Below are positions 19,443 through 28,534 of a stretch of 64,000 nt of DNA, one piece after another. The notes under the pieces were generated by a model. The model saw only the letters and a program-made list of their open reading frames with translations. It was not told the origin of the DNA and did no database searches. The stretch is from Escherichia coli (GTDB lineage: Bacteria; Pseudomonadota; Gammaproteobacteria; Enterobacterales; Enterobacteriaceae): NCBI GenBank assembly GCA_002099625.1, contig GCA_002099625.1_4857.1; one strand, written 5' to 3'. How positions within the stretch are numbered: the stretch's first letter is position 1; each line of letters starts with the position of its first letter. The translations under genes were made by a program, and so were the position numbers.

Positions 19443-19733
19443 TTACGCCGTTACCGGAACAGGGGTGATTAACAGCTCCCCTTCCACCTCACGTAACTGA
19501 TAACCGTGCATAACGTTGTAGGATTTAATGCCGTCGCGTTGTTTGGCTTTCGCGACGAGTTTTTCCAACACGCGGCTATGTGCACGAGTCATCTCTTCTT
19601 TCGAATAAACAACTTGGAGTACGTGCTGTTCGTCAATAACGGCACGGAACTGCAGTACATCACCGTCTTCAACGTTGTAAACGACTTCTTTAGACTTCGA
19701 CACTGTACGATTAATTTGCATTATTTTCTCCAT
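19443..19733 (-). CDS. hypothetical protein
   Basis: 96-aa ORF. Confidence 0.5.
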   Translation of the reverse strand: MEKIMQINRTVSKSKEVVYNVEDGDVLQFRAVIDEQHVLQVVYSKEEMTRAHSRVLEKLVAKAKQRDGIKSYNVMHGYQLREVEGELLITPVPVTA

Positions 19734-20523
19734 TAGTAGTTTTCAGGGCACGTCCGTAGACATAACTTTCGGGTAGCCAACCGTTTTCTAATAACCACAT
19801 TGCGGCAGGCCCCCCAGTATATTGGTGGTAGGTGTAAATCAGTTCATCCCCCACCGGTATTTCAGACTGGATACAGTGCATCAACAGCCCGAACTCCTCT
19901 CGGCTTAGAGTAACCACCCCTTCTGCGGTAAACCATCCACCGATAACCCAGCGATGCCCACGGTGCGAAAGCACTGTCAACTTGTAGCTATCAGCGTTTC
20001 GCCACGACATCAGCCTCCCGCCCGTAACGAGCGTTGAGTAGATAGAGCTTGTACCGTAAAGCATTCTAACCCAATCCAAGAACGCTTTCTTACTATCGAA
20101 CAACGAACTGACATCCCCACAGAAATCCTCATCGTGGCTAGGCACCGATGAATTAATTTTGCGGTAGTTTATCGTTTCGCAACAAAAGCCCATGCGAGCA
20201 TATTCGTCCCCTTCCGAACGAGTAAAATGCATCGCGTAGTTACACCCCGCTGAGCGGAGTAAAGCATCCGCAAGCGAGGTTAACTGGGCGTCTAAAGCAC
20301 GAACCATGTTGATAACTTCTAACATGTATCCGTGGTCCAGACAGAGCACGATCGCGTCAGGCGCAACCGTGTCCCGACTGAATACTTCAAAGATTCGGTA
20401 GTAAAGACGGCGTTCATCTTGTAACGTGGAAGGATCGATATCATTTAACAACGATAACGCTTTACGGTCTTCCAACCACGTTCGGTCCAGAATCCTCTCC
20501 GTGCGTTCGATAACTCTCAGCAT
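19711..20523 (-). CDS. hypothetical protein
   Basis: 270-aa ORF. Confidence 0.5.
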   Translation of the reverse strand: MLRVIERTERILDRTWLEDRKALSLLNDIDPSTLQDERRLYYRIFEVFSRDTVAPDAIVLCLDHGYMLEVINMVRALDAQLTSLADALLRSAGCNYAMHFTRSEGDEYARMGFCCETINYRKINSSVPSHDEDFCGDVSSLFDSKKAFLDWVRMLYGTSSIYSTLVTGGRLMSWRNADSYKLTVLSHRGHRWVIGGWFTAEGVVTLSREEFGLLMHCIQSEIPVGDELIYTYHQYTGGPAAMWLLENGWLPESYVYGRALKTTNGENNAN

Positions 20524-20532
20524 ATTCTCTCC

Positions 20533-21336
20533 TTACGCAAGGGTGTAGTGATGTGTGATTACACGATACTCCAACCCTTCGATAGAAGGAAACTCGTGCT
20601 CTATCGCAACGCCCATGTTGACCTTTTTACCTTTCTGTCCCGCCAAATGCAAAATAGCGTGGTAGTGTTTTAGAAACTCTACCGAGTAAGCAACCGGGTC
20701 AAAAGTTTGGCAGCAGAATTGCTCAGTAATGATGCTCTTCGGGAATTCCTTATAAAGCATTAATGAAAACGGTTTCTGGCCGTGCAACCCCACGAACGCA
20801 GAGACAAAACCATTTGCTAATTCACCCAACATCTCACGCGTTCCTGCGTCTTTTAGCGTAGGTCGCATTAGATAGCAAACATCCTGGGTTTGTTCTAATG
20901 ACAATGTCTCCAACGGGACAACCGATGGGTCTGACGTAAAACCGTATTTCGGACTGACAGTAATCTCCACACGCTTCGTTACAGCTTCGAACCCCAGGCG
21001 CTGGTATAGTGCTGCGTGCTCAGTGTCGTGCGGAAAGCAGGTAATATCGAGCATCTGCACTTCCAGGAGTCGCGTTAAACGCTTCCACTCGTGGAACAGG
21101 GGCTCGGAGAGCACGTGAAGCTCGTAGATGTAGTAAACAATACCTGAACGACATCCACGAAAATACATTTGCGCACGACCGCTATTGCTCAACACTAACC
21201 AATGATCGTCTTCTTGGTCTGCGACGGGTCGCAAATCTTGAATCCGTTCGCGGAGTTGCCCCAAGGTGGTCAACCGACCACTAAACTCTACGGTCAGGTC
21301 GTTTTTGTCCATACCGTATAGATTAAATAGTTGCAT
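20533..21336 (-). CDS. hypothetical protein, possible N-terminal acetyltransferase-like domain
   Basis: 267-aa ORF; weak GNAT-like C-terminal motif HAALYQRLGFE, no clear motif A. Confidence 0.4.
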   Translation of the reverse strand: MQLFNLYGMDKNDLTVEFSGRLTTLGQLRERIQDLRPVADQEDDHWLVLSNSGRAQMYFRGCRSGIVYYIYELHVLSEPLFHEWKRLTRLLEVQMLDITCFPHDTEHAALYQRLGFEAVTKRVEITVSPKYGFTSDPSVVPLETLSLEQTQDVCYLMRPTLKDAGTREMLGELANGFVSAFVGLHGQKPFSLMLYKEFPKSIITEQFCCQTFDPVAYSVEFLKHYHAILHLAGQKGKKVNMGVAIEHEFPSIEGLEYRVITHHYTLA

Positions 21337-21345
21337 GTTGGTACC

Positions 21346-22164
21346 TTATAAGGTGCCGATTAGCTCCGTCACCGCTTTACGCTTATTCGCATCCGCAGAC
21401 ATATATCGACCTACTTGAACTTCGCGCCAAGTAAAGCCGTAATAAATATCGCGTGTGAGTAACGTATCTGCGTTTGACAGAACGACCTTATTGCCATCGG
21501 CAGCTTGTTGTTTTAAAAGTTTCGCTAACTCGCGGTGGTCAGCTTGTGAAAATTCTTTGCTGTGATACTGCGCGTGTTTAGCCGTATCCGAAAGTGGGAT
21601 GTAGGGCGGGTCGGCGTATATCACAGCGTTAGATGGGCACTTATTTAGGATGTCGCGGAAGTCCGCGCAGAGCAGCTCGACGTTGGTTTCCGAACAACGT
21701 TTTGCCCACGCCAGAATTTCCTCTTCAGGGAAATAGACACCGTTCGGGTGTTGACCATAGGGCACGTTAAACCCACCCGACTGATTGTATCTGCACAAAC
21801 CATTGTAACCATGACGTGTAAGATACAGGAACATCGCGGCGCGCTGGAGATTAGGTTTCCCCGTGGTTGCTTCGCTGTTAAATCCCTCGCGTCGTTCCAT
21901 GTAGAGACCGCGGTCCGTCCCATTTGCAAAGAGCGCCTTTGCTTCCAGAATCAGCGCTTCCGGACGATCGCGCGCCATGGTCAGTAACTCGATTAAGTCC
22001 GGGTTCGTGTCGCCGAGAATATAGTTCGGGTATTTAGTGTTTAAAAACACTGACCCTGCGCCCACAAAAGGTTCAACGAAATACTCAGCATCCGGAAACA
22101 CCTGTAGCAGCTCGGGCAGTACACGACTCTTACCACCCATCCATTTTAAAATTGGTTTTATCAC
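21346..22164 (-). CDS. dam: DNA adenine methyltransferase (Dam-like, GATC-type)
   Basis: Motifs FVGAGSVFLNT (SAM binding), LYLTRHGYNGLCRYN and DPPY catalytic motif; 272 aa. Confidence 0.85.
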   Translation of the reverse strand: MIKPILKWMGGKSRVLPELLQVFPDAEYFVEPFVGAGSVFLNTKYPNYILGDTNPDLIELLTMARDRPEALILEAKALFANGTDRGLYMERREGFNSEATTGKPNLQRAAMFLYLTRHGYNGLCRYNQSGGFNVPYGQHPNGVYFPEEEILAWAKRCSETNVELLCADFRDILNKCPSNAVIYADPPYIPLSDTAKHAQYHSKEFSQADHRELAKLLKQQAADGNKVVLSNADTLLTRDIYYGFTWREVQVGRYMSADANKRKAVTELIGTL

Positions 22165-22167
22165 CCG

Positions 22168-23169
22168 TTAACATCCTCTCATGCCAGATTGAAACATATC
22201 ACTGATAGTCAGCCTGGTTGTAGTCTCCACCGGAATGCTAGGTTCTTCTTTCAGCACTCGATCGGCGCGGTTCCCATTCACCCGTTTCCAGCTAATAAGT
22301 TCAGGATCGCGTTTCAACGTTAGTGTACGCAGTACCTGCTTGCAACGTAAGATGTTACCGTACAGGTGATTTGCTGGATTATTATCAGCAGCTGTTTCAA
22401 TATAGACTTGGTCGGAATGACGTTGTGCGAAATCGAATAGCGCGCCCATTAGCCGGCGGCCAATGCCACGTTTACGGTGCGTGGGTGCAACGGTTAAACC
22501 AGAAAGTTCAACGACGCCTGGTGTAACCAAGCGCATCTGGGCAATACCGACGATATCATGGCCGTCTCGCCAAATTGCAGTCTCCACATTAGCGTGCTGA
22601 ATTCTTGCTATTACTGTTTCTGCTAACGGACCAATGTGTGTATAGTAGCCACGCATATCGTATTCTAGCTCTTCGCAAATTGCACCGCTAATCAAATTCA
22701 GGATAACGTCTTTATCTTCCTTGGTAAGTTCTGCGTATGCATCACCAGAAATAATCTTGATTTCTGATGCGGTGATTACTTTGTCAAACAGTTTAGAATG
22801 ACATGCCCAAACGATATCTGAAAGAACAAACCCTTTTTCGACCAGTTTTTGTTCAACATCGTCAGTAGGTGCTGGGCACGACATATATTCGAATCCGGTA
22901 TGGTCGAGCACAAGGGCCAAACCAACTTTATCGAATGCCCCAGGTACAAACTCCTCAAAATAGTGACAGGTTAGCGTAGGGTCACCGTGTCGATAGGTGG
23001 CCACTAAATAACCCTCCCAGGTTTCTTTATTCTTCACCACGTAAACAGAATAAGTCTCGTCCTTTAGAAACTCTTTTAGGCGGCGTGCTCGTACAGTATC
23101 GCTACCGACGTTATTTCGGAACTCGGCAGTGCGGATGCTGGTGCGAAACAATTTAGCCACAGTTTTCAT
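22168..23169 (-). CDS. GNAT-family acetyltransferase domain protein
   Basis: C-terminal motif A HRKRGIGRRLMGALFDF; start set at ATG 23169 (MKTVAKLF) so the ORF does not run through the terminator at 23221..23255. Confidence 0.5.
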   Translation of the reverse strand: MKTVAKLFRTSIRTAEFRNNVGSDTVRARRLKEFLKDETYSVYVVKNKETWEGYLVATYRHGDPTLTCHYFEEFVPGAFDKVGLALVLDHTGFEYMSCPAPTDDVEQKLVEKGFVLSDIVWACHSKLFDKVITASEIKIISGDAYAELTKEDKDVILNLISGAICEELEYDMRGYYTHIGPLAETVIARIQHANVETAIWRDGHDIVGIAQMRLVTPGVVELSGLTVAPTHRKRGIGRRLMGALFDFAQRHSDQVYIETAADNNPANHLYGNILRCKQVLRTLTLKRDPELISWKRVNGNRADRVLKEEPSIPVETTTRLTISDMFQSGMRGC

Positions 23170-23220
23170 TGTAATGCCCTCAAAAGGTATTGCTGTCACA
23201 ACATGAGGATAATGCGTAAA

Positions 23221-23255
23221 AAGACAAAAAATTAAGGGGTCCGAAGACCCCTTAA
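23221..23255 (-). terminator. intrinsic terminator
   Basis: Stem aaggggtc/gacccctt with cgaa loop, T-run on minus strand. Confidence 0.7.
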
Positions 23256-23258
23256 TGA

Positions 23259-23915
23259 TTACAGTTCCGGTTTGGAGACAAGCGTCGTCCAAGTTTCGGA
23301 ATGTTTGACACTGACGTGTGCTAGGCGATTCACCATGAACGCAAATTTGTCCATATGTTTCTGCACTTCGTTATCAGTCAGATTGCCAGCGATAACTTTA
23401 CCGTCTTTGGTCAGCACGATATAGCCGTGGTTGTTGTCTACCGTAGTGAACGCCACATCAATCGTAACCGGGTAAAGTTTCACCAGCGTCGGCAGAATGT
23501 GGCCAACACGATCGGCCATACCCGCAAGCTGGCCACAAAGGTCGGCTTTATCCTGCATGAACAAACGCAACATCGCTACTGCAAACACCGGATAGATGTT
23601 TTCGATTTGCGTGTCGTAACGAGACAGGCCGATAACTTCATCACCGCGGGTTAGCACCATGTTGTTCAGATGCGCTCCTTTATAGATGGTAAAGCGTACG
23701 TCGCTACCAAGGTTAACCGAAACGATTTCCTGACCAAGGTCAATCGGAAATTCACGTTCGATGTGAATCGTTTTCAGACGCTCACTGATCGGTACAATCA
23801 CATCCGGCTTCGGAATGCTAGATGTACGCGTGGATTCAGTAGTGCGCGTTTTTGTGGATTTAACCGCGCTGCTTGCCATTGAATCTTTTGCTACAGTTTT
23901 AGGGGCCTTCGCCAT
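23259..23915 (-). CDS. hypothetical protein
   Basis: 218-aa ORF with S/T-rich N-terminus. Confidence 0.5.
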   Translation of the reverse strand: MAKAPKTVAKDSMASSAVKSTKTRTTESTRTSSIPKPDVIVPISERLKTIHIEREFPIDLGQEIVSVNLGSDVRFTIYKGAHLNNMVLTRGDEVIGLSRYDTQIENIYPVFAVAMLRLFMQDKADLCGQLAGMADRVGHILPTLVKLYPVTIDVAFTTVDNNHGYIVLTKDGKVIAGNLTDNEVQKHMDKFAFMVNRLAHVSVKHSETWTTLVSKPEL

Positions 23916-23941
23916 GGTATACTCCTTAAGGTTTACACTAG

Positions 23942-24328
23942 TTAATCCCAGAAAGCTGCTTCTGGAAAGTCGTGTTCAAATGCCCGACGGTCATTCTCTA
24001 CACGGTTTAAATGTGTCGGTAAAGACACGCAGTTATTACAGATACAAAGTTCTTTATCCCCTTGACTGGGGTCAAAGTCGTACCATTTCCATTCAACGGT
24101 ATCTCGTTTCGGGAAGGTACCTTTGCAGTCGTCGCAGACCACTTCTTCAGCTGCAATTTCAGCCTGCAGTTTTTCCCAGCAGTTCTCGCACATGTAGTAC
24201 GTTTCGCGGCCCCATGGGTCGCACTCTGCCGTATAACGTGGAGCTATAGAGCCCACTTTAAGATGTTTACATCGTTCATCCTCTTCCGTCATCACGCGAC
24301 GGGTGATACCATTTACAAACCAATTCAT
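23942..24328 (-). CDS. Cys-rich putative zinc-binding protein
   Basis: Several CxxC pairs (CENCW, CDDCK, CICNNC) in 128 aa. Confidence 0.5.
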   Translation of the reverse strand: MNWFVNGITRRVMTEEDERCKHLKVGSIAPRYTAECDPWGRETYYMCENCWEKLQAEIAAEEVVCDDCKGTFPKRDTVEWKWYDFDPSQGDKELCICNNCVSLPTHLNRVENDRRAFEHDFPEAAFWD

Positions 24329-24339
24329 ACGTTTGCTCC

Positions 24340-24705
24340 CTACATCACTGCAGAAGGTTTACGTGCCATGACTTTAAGTCCCGTATCTCGTACCCGGATA
24401 GGACAATTATTCATGTAATCAATGCAGGATTCAATTTTGAAGCTGTGTCGACATTTACCGTTGATGGAACGGTAGACGATTTCGTAATTCAGGCGCAGTG
24501 TATCGGCAACCCGCATTAACGTTTCAATAGTCACGGCCTTCTCACGTTCATTTTTAATCGCAGATATTTGTGACGGCGAGCAACCTACTAATAACGCAAC
24601 GTCTTTCTGCGTAACGTCCTTCGCAGTAACACGTGTAATAATGTAAGAAAGACGAACCAAAAACGCTTTCTTTGCCAACACAACTGTTTGATGTTTAAAA
24701 CGCAT
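24340..24705 (-). CDS. HTH (XRE/Cro-like) transcriptional regulator
   Basis: Helix-turn-helix signature TQKDVALLVGCSPSQISAIKN; first gene after class A promoter. Confidence 0.55.
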   Translation of the reverse strand: MRFKHQTVVLAKKAFLVRLSYIITRVTAKDVTQKDVALLVGCSPSQISAIKNEREKAVTIETLMRVADTLRLNYEIVYRSINGKCRHSFKIESCIDYMNNCPIRVRDTGLKVMARKPSAVM

Positions 24706-24756
24706 TAGAATACTCCTTTAGATTAATAGTCGATTAGAGAGTTTAGTAGTAACTCT

Positions 24757-24780
24757 CACCTAGGTAATATATATCTGAAA
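24757..24780 (-). promoter_or_regulatory. class A phage promoter-like motif
   Basis: Minus-strand TTTCAGATATATATTACCTAGGTG, followed by hairpin GAGAGTT/AACTCTC and leader TAATCGAC. Confidence 0.6.
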
Positions 24781-24821
24781 TTTAGTGGACTGGAAGCAAA
24801 AAAGCATAAGACTGTTCTGAT

Positions 24822-24866
24822 CTGTAAAAAAGGCAATACCCTCTTACCCGAAGGTAAGAGGGGGTA
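24822..24866 (-). terminator. intrinsic terminator
   Basis: Stem accctcttacc/ggtaagagggggt with cgaagg loop, T-run on minus strand. Confidence 0.75.
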
Positions 24867-24869
24867 CAA

Positions 24870-25493
24870 CTAACCTGCCAAAATTCGTTCAACGATACGG
24901 GCGGCCTGTAACGCCATATCGTCGTCTGCTGCGATTCGCATCAGTGGGAATTTATCACCACCGTCTGTAGTGATGTGGAACGCAAAACGGTAATGGTCGC
25001 GTAATGCGTCCCAATCGGTCTGTGAGCGCAGATACTTCGCTGTCAGTACCTCATCATCCCAGTTCTTACCTTGTGCTTCTACGCGCTTCTTAAAGCGTTC
25101 TGTGGCGGTTTCGTAAGATACATCGGTTGCCACGTAAAGCTTTGGTGCGTTAATGTGGTCTAATACCCGCGAACGGAAAACTTCCCCTTTACCATCTACG
25201 CCCTGGTAGACAATGGTCGATTGACAAAAACGGTCAAAAATAACGACATCGTGCTCTGGTACAACGAAGTCCATTGTATATTGGAAATCCAGACACATCG
25301 CTTTGGCAATACGTTCACTAGAGGCGTGCTGGATAACCAGAGAGCGTGCACTAATACCGGCTTCAGTGGTATTCGTCGGGTGATTGACGATGATGGCATT
25401 AACGCCAGCGGAGCGCAACATCGCTTGAATCATTTTAGCGAGTGTTGATTTGCCAGAAAAATCTGGACCATCCAGCGCCACTGAGTTTAACAT
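24870..25493 (-). CDS. tmk: thymidylate (dTMP) kinase-like P-loop kinase
   Basis: P-loop GPDFSGKST and DRF...YQG motif; start at ATG 25493. Confidence 0.6.
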   Translation of the reverse strand: MLNSVALDGPDFSGKSTLAKMIQAMLRSAGVNAIIVNHPTNTTEAGISARSLVIQHASSERIAKAMCLDFQYTMDFVVPEHDVVIFDRFCQSTIVYQGVDGKGEVFRSRVLDHINAPKLYVATDVSYETATERFKKRVEAQGKNWDDEVLTAKYLRSQTDWDALRDHYRFAFHITTDGGDKFPLMRIAADDDMALQAARIVERILAG

Positions 25494-25549
25494 TTTATTC
25501 TTCCCCAAAAGTTTAATTAATTGTAGTGGTGTCACAATATAGCGACCAG

Positions 25550-25594
25550 ACGTAAAGAAAAAAAATAAAACAGGCACCCCGAAGGATGCCTGAC
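25550..25594 (-). terminator. intrinsic terminator
   Basis: Hairpin caggca..ccccgaagg..tgcctg with long A-run on plus strand (T-run on minus). Confidence 0.6.
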
Positions 25595-25605
25595 ATTAGA
25601 TGTTA

Positions 25606-26364
25606 TTACTCGATAGCCTTGTGGTTCTTCATTTCTGGTGTCCAGGTGTGCTCAATCCATGCTTCGATGACCGGCTTGATGCCCGGACTTTTGAAGAATG
25701 CATTTAATGACGGCCATTCCCCTAACGCGTACTTGTTAGTGAAATTGAGCGACATTACACTGAAGCCTTCGCGTTTGTTAAACAACGCAGAAGGGGCCAA
25801 GGAATAAGACAACATGGCCTGCGGCGTATCCGATTCGGGACGCAGCAGTGTCATGCGGCGGGTGACACGCAGTTCAATATCGTTGAAGTTAGCCCGGAGG
25901 TCTTCTTTAAATTTGACACTGCGGAAGAAACGATTTCCTGTTTCGGATGCTTTATTTACCAATCGCTCGGTTTGCATCACGTCTTTAAAATACGCATTGA
26001 TACATTCTTCAATGAAGACATAGCGTGGTGCAGCTTCACGCAGTGCTTCTAAGTCGAACTCTTTCCACGCGGGTATGAGTTCAGGCTTACGAGCGATGTG
26101 TTTAAAGAACATCCTGGCTGAGACTTCACGCAGTGCTTTCAGCAACCCGCGAATAACATCTTCCCGCGTTGCGTTAGTTGCGAAGAACTCAGTCGTGCCG
26201 TGTACAAAGGTAGCGCCAGTTTTAGCGCTGATGAGCTTATGCTCTATCATAATCGGCATCCCGCCCTTACCGATCATCTCTTCGTTATACAAAAACACAT
26301 AACGATATTCGCCACAGGCAGTGGGGACGGACAGGAACTCTTTCTTCGTAGTATTAACAGTCAT
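25606..26364 (-). CDS. hypothetical protein
   Basis: 252-aa ORF; class B promoter about 90 nt upstream. Confidence 0.5.
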   Translation of the reverse strand: MTVNTTKKEFLSVPTACGEYRYVFLYNEEMIGKGGMPIMIEHKLISAKTGATFVHGTTEFFATNATREDVIRGLLKALREVSARMFFKHIARKPELIPAWKEFDLEALREAAPRYVFIEECINAYFKDVMQTERLVNKASETGNRFFRSVKFKEDLRANFNDIELRVTRRMTLLRPESDTPQAMLSYSLAPSALFNKREGFSVMSLNFTNKYALGEWPSLNAFFKSPGIKPVIEAWIEHTWTPEMKNHKAIE

Positions 26365-26452
26365 GGTATTTCTCTCTTAGTTTAAGTTGGTGAGTTTTAA
26401 CCGACTCACAACGGCTTCTAGCATATGCTAAGGATGAAACGTAAATTTTGCA

Positions 26453-26482
26453 CGTCTCCCTAAGATAATATCTATCCGAAAA
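26453..26482 (-). promoter_or_regulatory. class B phage promoter-like motif
   Basis: Minus-strand TTTTCGGATAGATATTATCTTAGGGAGACGTG. Confidence 0.5.
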
Positions 26483-26518
26483 ACAATAGAGTCGACCCAC
26501 TCCCGAAGGAGTGGGTAT
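26478..26518 (-). terminator. intrinsic terminator
   Basis: Stem acccactcc/ggagtgggt with cgaa loop. Confidence 0.6.
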
Positions 26519-26521
26519 AAC

Positions 26522-27121
26522 TCACTGATGATCAACTTTCGGTTCAGACCACTCGGGGACTGGCGGAAGTTTAATATCAGTTGCGTATTCTGAAGGCACC
26601 GCGAGTGTGGTAAAGCCACGACACGCTAAATAGTGCTGCATTCGTGCTGCCTGATTCGCTGTATCGGTGATCACCAAATGGGTCTTACGCATAAGCGCGA
26701 GTACCGCCTGTCCTTCTTGCGGCGTGGGTGTACGTGGATGCTTACTGATAATACTCATTAACCAGTCACGTGCAATACCACCCACATTACAACTGGCCTC
26801 GCGCAAATCAACCACACCTTCACCCTCGCCCACCACCTGTTTGGTAGAGTTAGGATAAAAGCGATACGGTGCACGACGACGCTTACGACGTACTTCTGAA
26901 ATAGCACGTCCAAGTATCATCTGTGCGTGTTTAACGCTACAGCCGTCCACCGGTCTACGCATGTTCGTTACTAAACAGGCAATTTCTAACACCTTACCGA
27001 TTTGATAGCGACGCTTAAAGCCATGACGACTTATGTCTACGTATTCTGGAAGATTGCCGTTTTTATTGATGTTTGCAACCGTAATCAAAAACAGCGAATC
27101 GAGAATCATCTCAGACATCAC
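26522..27121 (-). CDS. hypothetical protein
   Basis: 199-aa ORF. Confidence 0.5.
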   Translation of the reverse strand: MMSEMILDSLFLITVANINKNGNLPEYVDISRHGFKRRYQIGKVLEIACLVTNMRRPVDGCSVKHAQMILGRAISEVRRKRRRAPYRFYPNSTKQVVGEGEGVVDLREASCNVGGIARDWLMSIISKHPRTPTPQEGQAVLALMRKTHLVITDTANQAARMQHYLACRGFTTLAVPSEYATDIKLPPVPEWSEPKVDHQ

Positions 27122-27130
27122 AGTTTCCCC

Positions 27131-27502
27131 TTAAAACCCCGCAACGACTGCAGACATAAAGTCATGAACGACTTTACGTTGTTCTGCAAGCGGGTAGCCA
27201 AATTTAGTAATGTCGTGCATCCACCGAACCCGGTGAGTCCGACCATCGTGACTGAATGTGGAGCGCAGTACCAGGAAATAATCCGCACTGACTCGGAAAT
27301 GTAACGAGCAGCTGCCATGTTTGGCTCGCACGGTCAACTGAATACGCTTTACGCCGTCGCCTAAATATTTAGCGTCGATGTCGACCTGGTCAACCTCCGG
27401 CACAGCCCGTAAGGCTTGCGCGACGTCTTCCAGGTCCCCGTTCTTGCTCACATTAGCGCCATGGAGCGCTGCGGTACAGAGTTGAAGCTCTCGATAGAAC
27501 AT
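27131..27502 (-). CDS. hypothetical protein
   Basis: 123-aa ORF. Confidence 0.45.
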   Translation of the reverse strand: MFYRELQLCTAALHGANVSKNGDLEDVAQALRAVPEVDQVDIDAKYLGDGVKRIQLTVRAKHGSCSLHFRVSADYFLVLRSTFSHDGRTHRVRWMHDITKFGYPLAEQRKVVHDFMSAVVAGF

Positions 27503-28056
27503 CCTTCTAGTCTCCTGTCCCTCCCATAGTTCAAGGGATTTTTATAATACCAATCTTCATGCACAGGAGTCACGCGGATATACCGGCTGTAAAACAACAA
27601 GTATTTGTAGAAGGTATCAATACTGACGTCTTTGTCTACCGATAAAAAGTAGTTTAAAGACGGGTCGTCTGGGAACGACACAAAGATACCGGTGAAGTAC
27701 GCATCGGCATAGGGGCCATTAAACGGCGTCACTTCACACTTCAGGCAAGGTAAGCCAACCTGAAACGCGTTCTGTCCTGTCCAGTAAATTCCACGTGTGG
27801 TTGCATCGCGTGTTTTCCCATCGGGACGACAAACAACCCCTGCCATAAAACTGGACCGTTGACTTGGGTCAGCCGCATTTAAGAACTGGGCTATTCTGTC
27901 TACTGAAAAATATTTTAACGTGCCGGGCGGTAATTGCCAGAACTGTCCCATCGCACGTACCACCTTCCAACCAGGGCGATTTCTTGCCCCAAAACGCTTT
28001 ACACAAAAAGTATATCGCGAGCCAGTCTGATGTGGCACGCTGCGGACAGCTACCAT
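27448..28056 (-). CDS. hypothetical protein
   Basis: 202-aa ORF; 3' end overlaps next gene. Confidence 0.5.
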   Translation of the reverse strand: MVAVRSVPHQTGSRYTFCVKRFGARNRPGWKVVRAMGQFWQLPPGTLKYFSVDRIAQFLNAADPSQRSSFMAGVVCRPDGKTRDATTRGIYWTGQNAFQVGLPCLKCEVTPFNGPYADAYFTGIFVSFPDDPSLNYFLSVDKDVSIDTFYKYLLFYSRYIRVTPVHEDWYYKNPLNYGRDRRLEGCSIESFNSVPQRSMALM

Positions 28057-28057
28057 G

Positions 28058-28534
28058 TTAAAGCTCCTTTACCATATCCTGGTATTCAGTTCGGAATCCG
28101 AAACGTTCATAAAACGCAATAGCACGGTCGTTATTACCGAGCACGTTAAGCTGCATCCATGCGCAGCCTTTTGATTTGCCATAGTTCTCTACGGCTTCGA
28201 TCAGTTCATGGCCAACGCCTTGTGAACGAACCGATTCATCTACAAAAAAGTTATATACCCAGAGGAAACGTTGTCCCTTTTTGGTGTAGCCAAAGGTGAT
28301 GAAGCCAACAGCCACACCACGGTCATCAACGGCGCAAGCGCACAGCGTACCTTCACCCCAAACCTCCTCCAGTTTTGAGATTTGATTAAACCCTTCACGA
28401 CCGTTTAAGTCGGCGAGTTTTATTTTCTGATCGTCGTATAACTTGTTGTGTAGTCCTAACAAATCCGCGTAGTATTTCTTTCCATACGGGGAGTTGGGCT
28501 TGGTGACAAAAACGATTTTCATCACACCCTCCAA
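28058..28534 (-). CDS. GNAT-family N-acetyltransferase
   Basis: Motif A RSQGVGHELIEAV and motif B AIAFYERFGF; 158 aa. Confidence 0.65.
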   Translation of the reverse strand: MEGVMKIVFVTKPNSPYGKKYYADLLGLHNKLYDDQKIKLADLNGREGFNQISKLEEVWGEGTLCACAVDDRGVAVGFITFGYTKKGQRFLWVYNFFVDESVRSQGVGHELIEAVENYGKSKGCAWMQLNVLGNNDRAIAFYERFGFRTEYQDMVKEL

